A DNA stretch of 64,000 nt. Source: Candidatus Latescibacterota bacterium (GTDB lineage: Bacteria; Latescibacterota; UBA2968; UBA8231). Position 1 is the stretch's first letter. The number at the start of each line of letters is the position of its first letter. Below are positions 59,035-64,000 of this stretch, piece by piece. Under the pieces are notes generated by a model. The model had not been told where the DNA came from. It did no database searches and saw only the letters and a program-made list of their open reading frames with translations. The stretch lies in contig CBDCDC010000002.1 of assembly GCA_965215195.1 (NCBI GenBank), positions 4,320,001-4,384,000 on the forward strand. The letters run 5' to 3'. The position numbers and the translations under genes are program-made.

Positions 59035-60699
59035 CTAGTGGGGGCTGGCGTCTAAGGCGTCCAACTGCTCTTCAAACACGACAACTCTATCGGCGTACTG
59101 ATCCCTGAGCCGGGCGAACAAGTCGTTGAAGAGGGCCTTTTCTTGCTGCTTCTGCACCCACCACCGCGCCCGCGAAGCCGCCTGCGCAAAGGGCGTGGGA
59201 CGCGGGGGAATGCGTTCCTGCACCGCGAATATTGAATAGCCTTCGTCGAGGGCCACAGGGCCGGTGAGCACTCCCACCGGCGCGGCGACCACCGAATCGT
59301 AGAGGGCACCGAAAACCCGCCGCTCGGAGGGATGATTGTGGATGTGGTATTGCCCGCCCTCGGCATCCGTGCGGATCGTGTGGCGGGCGGCCAGCGCTTC
59401 TAGGCGTTCGCCAGCGCGGATCCGCTGCAAGAGCTGGTCCGCCTCGGCCCGGGTCGCTACCAACACCTCTGCCACCCGAATCTCTTCCAGTTCCATGAAC
59501 ATTTGCGGATGATCGTCGTAGTACTGGCGGGCCATGGTGCTATCGACTTCGGTTCGCTGCACGACGTCCTCTCTGCGAAGGGCTTCGAGCAGCAGCGATT
59601 TTTCCTTTTCCTGCAACCAAGCCGCTATGGTCGAATCTTGGTCCAAGCCTTCCTGCAACGCCGCTTGATAGACGAGGGTCCGCGGCAACAGGTCCCGGTG
59701 GACGAACTCGGCAATTCCGCTGCTGTCGAAGGAGACCGAGCGGATGAACCAATAGGCGTTATAGGTTTCGGCGAAATCCCGCAGCGTCACCTGCCCGCCC
59801 TCGAAGCGGCAGAGGATCACTTCCTGCTCTTCGGGACCCAGCAGCATCCCCCGGCCATCGGATTCGGCCATCCTATCGACCAGCAAGCGGATCGCCTCGC
59901 CGTCCAGCCGGGCGTTTAGTCGGTCTTTGAGCTGGGCGGTCAGCTCATTCCAGCGGGTGCGAAACTCATTCCAGTACTGCTCGCGCAAGAAGGCCGCTCG
60001 GTAGTGAGTAGGGGCCGGGCCTTCGGACAGCACTTTGAAAATCTCGTAGTGTTCCCCCACGAGTAAGGGCTGGCTCAAGTCTCCAACCTGTAGGTCGAAT
60101 ACCTGCTCCCCCACTTCTATGGGCAGGCCCATCTCCTCCAAGTTGCCGCGCCCGTACCAAACATCGAGCACCCCGCCGTGGGCGGCGGTCGGCGCGATAG
60201 AACGCCCGCGGGCCACCGCGGCAAAATCCCGCCCCTGCTCCAAGTCGCGCATGGCCTTTTGGGCTTGGGCCGCGCTAGCAGTGCGAATATGGGCCAAGCG
60301 CAACATCCGATTCCACTTGCTCGTCGCAAAACCCTGCCGCATGTCTTCCACTGCGAGATCTACATCCGCGAGGATGGTCCGCACGGCGTACTCGTCGACC
60401 AGTTTTTTGCGCCGTTCCCGCTCCCATTGGCGCACGAACTCCACGGTCTGATCCAGCCGCCGTTCCCGCGCTTCGAGGAGCATTAGCTTCATGTCGATCA
60501 TCGTCTGCAAGTAGAAACGCCACGCCGCGACCCCCTCTTCGGGGTCGCGGTAGTTGGCGGTGGATTCTTCGCGGAACTGGCGCAATGCTGCCAGCTCGAT
60601 CGCTTCGTCGCCTACCTTGGCGACCACGTCGCCATCCACATCGCATCCACTCCACCACAGTGCCGCGAGTGCGGCGCCCACAACGGCCCGAGCGAGCAT
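59035..60699 (-). CDS. PpiC/parvulin-type peptidyl-prolyl isomerase (SurA/PrsA-like) lipoprotein
   Basis: VVAKVG; two rotamase-like repeats (G.DFAAVA..S, GG.L, S.P). Confidence 0.8.
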   Translation of the reverse strand: MLARAVVGAALAALWWSGCDVDGDVVAKVGDEAIELAALRQFREESTANYRDPEEGVAAWRFYLQTMIDMKLMLLEARERRLDQTVEFVRQWERERRKKLVDEYAVRTILADVDLAVEDMRQGFATSKWNRMLRLAHIRTASAAQAQKAMRDLEQGRDFAAVARGRSIAPTAAHGGVLDVWYGRGNLEEMGLPIEVGEQVFDLQVGDLSQPLLVGEHYEIFKVLSEGPAPTHYRAAFLREQYWNEFRTRWNELTAQLKDRLNARLDGEAIRLLVDRMAESDGRGMLLGPEEQEVILCRFEGGQVTLRDFAETYNAYWFIRSVSFDSSGIAEFVHRDLLPRTLVYQAALQEGLDQDSTIAAWLQEKEKSLLLEALRREDVVQRTEVDSTMARQYYDDHPQMFMELEEIRVAEVLVATRAEADQLLQRIRAGERLEALAARHTIRTDAEGGQYHIHNHPSERRVFGALYDSVVAAPVGVLTGPVALDEGYSIFAVQERIPPRPTPFAQAASRARWWVQKQQEKALFNDLFARLRDQYADRVVVFEEQLDALDASPH

Positions 60700-61491
60700 T
60701 TAGAGTTCCTCGGCGCGGCGGTGCTTGGCCAAGTACACTTCGCGTGTAAATGGGTAGGCGATGTCTATGGTCTCCACCGGCTGATCTCGGTAGTCGAAGC
60801 GCAGTACCATCTCGGCGATCCGCACTTCAAACGCTTCGACATCGTTGGCCAGCGGGGCGAAGGCAACAAAGCCTTCGCGCTCTTGACCGCTGAAGATCAT
60901 CTCGTCTGCTGGATACAAGGTGCGGGTCAGCAGATCGCGCCGTTCGCGGAAGGGGAGGAAGGTATTGCCCGCATAGCCTATGGCATACGGGGCAAAGTAC
61001 TCGTCTAGCGCCAGCCGGGTGAAGGCTTGATAGCGCCGGCCATTGGTGCTGGCGATCTCTATGGCGTAGGGATTGAGCCACACCTTGGGGTACGCGTAGT
61101 TTTTGACCTTGAGCAGAAAAACCGTAAAGCGGGTGGGATGCTCCTCTTCCCACCCCGGTTTCCAGTCGCCATAGGTGTAGGGATTGACCGGCGCGAGATA
61201 GGGGTTGGGCTCGTGAAAGCCCTCTGGCCGCTGCGAGTGGCTGCTTAGCTGCCGGTTGAGCATAGCCACGGTCAGGGGCAACAAACTCACCTCCAAGCGG
61301 TCTTTGACAAAGGTGATGCTGTGGTCGTCGCGGACGACCAAATCCGCGGCTGCCAAATCCGCGGCCGGCAATATGGGTCCGGCAAAGTGGCGATAGCCCA
61401 ATTTGTGTCCGCATCCTCCGGCGAGCAGGGCGGCGCACAGCAATGTGCTCAAGGGCCGTGAGCGGCTTATGATAAAATTGGGTTTAGGCAT
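60700..61491 (-). CDS. Hypothetical lipoprotein
   Basis: Lipobox AGGC; in operon with the PPIase. Confidence 0.7.
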   Translation of the reverse strand: MPKPNFIISRSRPLSTLLCAALLAGGCGHKLGYRHFAGPILPAADLAAADLVVRDDHSITFVKDRLEVSLLPLTVAMLNRQLSSHSQRPEGFHEPNPYLAPVNPYTYGDWKPGWEEEHPTRFTVFLLKVKNYAYPKVWLNPYAIEIASTNGRRYQAFTRLALDEYFAPYAIGYAGNTFLPFRERRDLLTRTLYPADEMIFSGQEREGFVAFAPLANDVEAFEVRIAEMVLRFDYRDQPVETIDIAYPFTREVYLAKHRRAEEL

Positions 61492-61565
61492 GATTTGGCT
61501 TTCCTTTTAAATTGCTACCAAGTCGCGTTGCTCTTACTCAAGGCTGCTCAGGCACTGGTTGGCAA

Positions 61566-61955
61566 TTACCACGGGGAGTTCACCTCTATGAATGGGGCTT
61601 GCGGATGGTTAGTACCTACTCTGGGTTTCCATTTATAAGCCAAGTACGCTTCCACACCGTTGCGGTACTCCTCGGGAACTGTTGCCCAAGTTACATAGAG
61701 ATCCAGATATTCAAACTCCTGAATCTCCGGATCCTTCCTATGGACATCTATGCGTTCCTTGATATTCCCTTGGCCAACGTATACCACCGCAGGATTTGGC
61801 CCCCCGTGCCAAATTATATAGACACCAGAGACATCCTTATCGAAATACTCATGGTTCAGGTTTACAAAATTAAGCTTGCACCAGACATCACCCCAGCATC
61901 TCATCCATTCCAACTCCGGCGATAGTTCGTGCTCTTGAAGAAGTCTCTCGTTCAT
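61566..61955 (-). CDS. Small GIY-YIG-like protein
   Basis: SGVYII...VVYVGQG.IKERI..H and a later E; AGGAGG SD. Confidence 0.65.
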   Translation of the reverse strand: MNERLLQEHELSPELEWMRCWGDVWCKLNFVNLNHEYFDKDVSGVYIIWHGGPNPAVVYVGQGNIKERIDVHRKDPEIQEFEYLDLYVTWATVPEEYRNGVEAYLAYKWKPRVGTNHPQAPFIEVNSPW

Positions 61956-61971
61956 CTTTTACCTCCTAAAG

Positions 61972-62907
61972 TTATTGTGGTTCGTCAGGGTATCGTAGGA
62001 GTTGGTCGGGTTGCGATACTTGTGCGAAGTAACTTGCTAGCACCAGATTGCAAGTAGTCTCAATGTGATGGAATATAGCCTTTGTGTCCGGTTCAGTCGC
62101 TTGATTACGAACCATGTCACATACCTGTTTCTGTGAGTCAATCGCCTCGGAAATCCTATGCCTATTGCGCCCAACAAAAATTTCGGCTTTAGCTTGTGGT
62201 GACAAGCTGGTGAGAAGTTGGCCAAGCAGAAAAAATGTATCATCAACGGCCTCTCCTACCTTCACTATTGAACTTGCTGGAGCAATTTGGAAGTAGTTGC
62301 CTTGCGCCATTTCGTCGGAAAAGTAATCACGCAACTCGATACACTTTAATTGAAGGTCTCTGACAATTCTTTGGAAACGTGCGTTCAATGGTCCCCTGTC
62401 CTCGTCAGTGGACCTCCCACCGGGTGTACCTTGGTATGTATCCGCAAGATCCGGCATAATTCCGTCAAGATCAGATCGAGAGGTATCGAATTTTGCGGCA
62501 ATATCTTCAAGCCGTTTTTGGGCATCGAAACTGAAGAGACGCGAAACATGATATGAAAGGCGTCGAGAAGTTACTTTTGCAATCATGATCCCTACCACTG
62601 CAAGTCCTATGAGGACTTCTATGCAGATGAGAACCTTCGAGAATCCCATCGGGTGCATGTCACCGTACCCCAACGAGGAGATCGTGACGATACTGAAGTA
62701 TATGCCTGTGGGGATGTCTGTGGGAAATGCAATATCAGGAAGCGGCTTAAGATCTCGCCCAATACCATGCCCTATTGGGGTGAGTAGGGTATAAGCAATC
62801 CCAAAGAGGATGACCGTCGCGGCGAAAAATACCATATACCGGAGCAAGCTGACGTCCTCTACCAGAAAGACGAGTACCCTTTTGATACTTCTCTTGATTT
62901 TAGGCAA
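61972..62907 (-). CDS. 2TM potassium-channel family protein with helical cytoplasmic tail
   Basis: YFSIVTISSLGYGDMHP pore signature. Confidence 0.85.
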   Translation of the reverse strand: MPKIKRSIKRVLVFLVEDVSLLRYMVFFAATVILFGIAYTLLTPIGHGIGRDLKPLPDIAFPTDIPTGIYFSIVTISSLGYGDMHPMGFSKVLICIEVLIGLAVVGIMIAKVTSRRLSYHVSRLFSFDAQKRLEDIAAKFDTSRSDLDGIMPDLADTYQGTPGGRSTDEDRGPLNARFQRIVRDLQLKCIELRDYFSDEMAQGNYFQIAPASSIVKVGEAVDDTFFLLGQLLTSLSPQAKAEIFVGRNRHRISEAIDSQKQVCDMVRNQATEPDTKAIFHHIETTCNLVLASYFAQVSQPDQLLRYPDEPQ

Positions 62908-63135
62908 AATAACCTCTCTTCACTTCTTCACTTCCGTTAATTTACGTGCCTCGGCAACTCTGTCTAAATCGTAAGTTGATTGCATGCGGAAGAACACGCA
63001 CAAAATAGACCTAACCGTCGAAAGACATTTGCTTGGCTGCTCAAATACCGGGCCATGCCAGAGACTACGAGGGTCGGGTTGTCTGTGCTATTTTCGCACA
63101 GGGCTAACCCCATGCTGAAAAAGGCTCATTGTGCT

Positions 63136-63999
63136 CTAGTACGCCACGGCCACCGGCTGCAACCGCACCGCTCGCCCCTTATCCGTTTCCACTTCCACAC
63201 GCGCCAAGTACACGCCTATGGGGACCCGTTGCCCAGCCGCGTCCCGGCCATCCCAGAGGACCGCATGGCGTCCTGCGCCCTGCACATTTGGCGGTGCTTG
63301 CCACACGGATCGCCCGTCAAGTCCATACACGCCGACTTGCACTTGGGACGACTCCCGCACCCGAAAGAGGGTGTATTGTATGGACAACAGATCGTTTACG
63401 CCGTCGCCTTGGGGGGTAAATGCGCCGCTACCCGCCTCGATGTCGCCCAGCACTCCGCCCGTGGAGGCGGCAGACGCCACGACGAGCAACTGGTTGGAGC
63501 CTAGTTCCGCGCTGACGTCGCCCCCTTCGATGCGCTGCAACAAGCTCGGCTCGCGGCGGTTGAAGACCTCGCCGCCAAATTCGCCGGCTTCGCCGTACAG
63601 CACGGCTTCAAGGCCGATGCGCAGTCGCTGGTCGCCGCTGGGATGCAAGGGGCGCGGCAAGAATACGACAAAGCCGCTTTCTTCGCGTAGCAGGCTATCC
63701 GGCTCTACCGGGCTAAGTGGATCGCCCATCTCCAGATAGCCAAATGCAGCTTCGGCCGGTGCTGAGATGCGCACGGCGTCGCAGCCGATGCGGTCCGCGC
63801 TGGCAAACTCCACGCCGAGGTCGTACGTGAACGGGGTTTGCTCGCCCGCTGGTACGCGCACTTGCCCGCCTTGGGGGTGGGGTTCTTCGGCGAGGACGAC
63901 TTCGCCCACGACCCGGTCGGCCAGCAGGGGCGCGATCTCGATTTGCAGGGAGTCGAGGCGGGCAAATTCCCACAGCGCATCCGTTGCTAGCCGGACGCG
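63136..63999 (-). CDS. Large protein with C-terminal FlgD-like Ig domain (partial, runs off the window)
   Basis: FTPQGDGVND, VYGLDGR.V and WDGRD..G..VP.GVY motifs; frame open to the window edge. Confidence 0.8.
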   Translation of the reverse strand, partial: RVRLATDALWEFARLDSLQIEIAPLLADRVVGEVVLAEEPHPQGGQVRVPAGEQTPFTYDLGVEFASADRIGCDAVRISAPAEAAFGYLEMGDPLSPVEPDSLLREESGFVVFLPRPLHPSGDQRLRIGLEAVLYGEAGEFGGEVFNRREPSLLQRIEGGDVSAELGSNQLLVVASAASTGGVLGDIEAGSGAFTPQGDGVNDLLSIQYTLFRVRESSQVQVGVYGLDGRSVWQAPPNVQGAGRHAVLWDGRDAAGQRVPIGVYLARVEVETDKGRAVRLQPVAVAY

Positions 64000-64000
64000 C

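Noticed and set aside
1-64000. tRNA, rRNA, integrase or transposase genes
   Set aside because: None recognised by eye; the islands show no att-linked tRNA. A tRNAscan-SE/Infernal run would be needed to exclude small RNAs.

Overview
GC-rich bacterial chromosome segment. The gene mix (PhyH dioxygenases, ankyrin/TPR proteins, a CRTAC1/ASPIC protein, an FlgD-Ig protein, a short-type ParE/ParC) suggests an FCB-group or Latescibacterota-like organism, possibly host-associated; this is inference only. Housekeeping genes include frdABCD, a csp gene, rpsU, rpsR, arfB, a sigma-70 factor, pepF, parE/parC, a DEAD-box helicase, gltX and sugar-acid dehydratases. They are interrupted by accessory inserts: a PIN toxin-antitoxin pair between duplicated terminators, Mrr plus a DNA methylase, an AT-rich type II R-M pair, and a K-channel/GIY-YIG pair. 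The standout is an AT-rich island starting near 41.2 kb, with a linked downstream module to about 52.8 kb, that looks like an undescribed RiPP/bacteriocin-like system. It encodes a GT-B glycosyltransferase/transglutaminase fusion, a GT2-TPR protein, a stand-alone membrane-anchored C39 peptidase, and a 90-aa precursor carrying both a Sec-like signal and a double-glycine site. The precursor gene is enclosed by about 29-nt inverted repeats and has an SD-sequestering hairpin. A CPBP/Abi protease, YIP1, a TonB-dependent receptor and TPR genes follow. No rRNA, tRNA or CRISPR array was seen. All calls come from motif recognition by eye; no searches were run.
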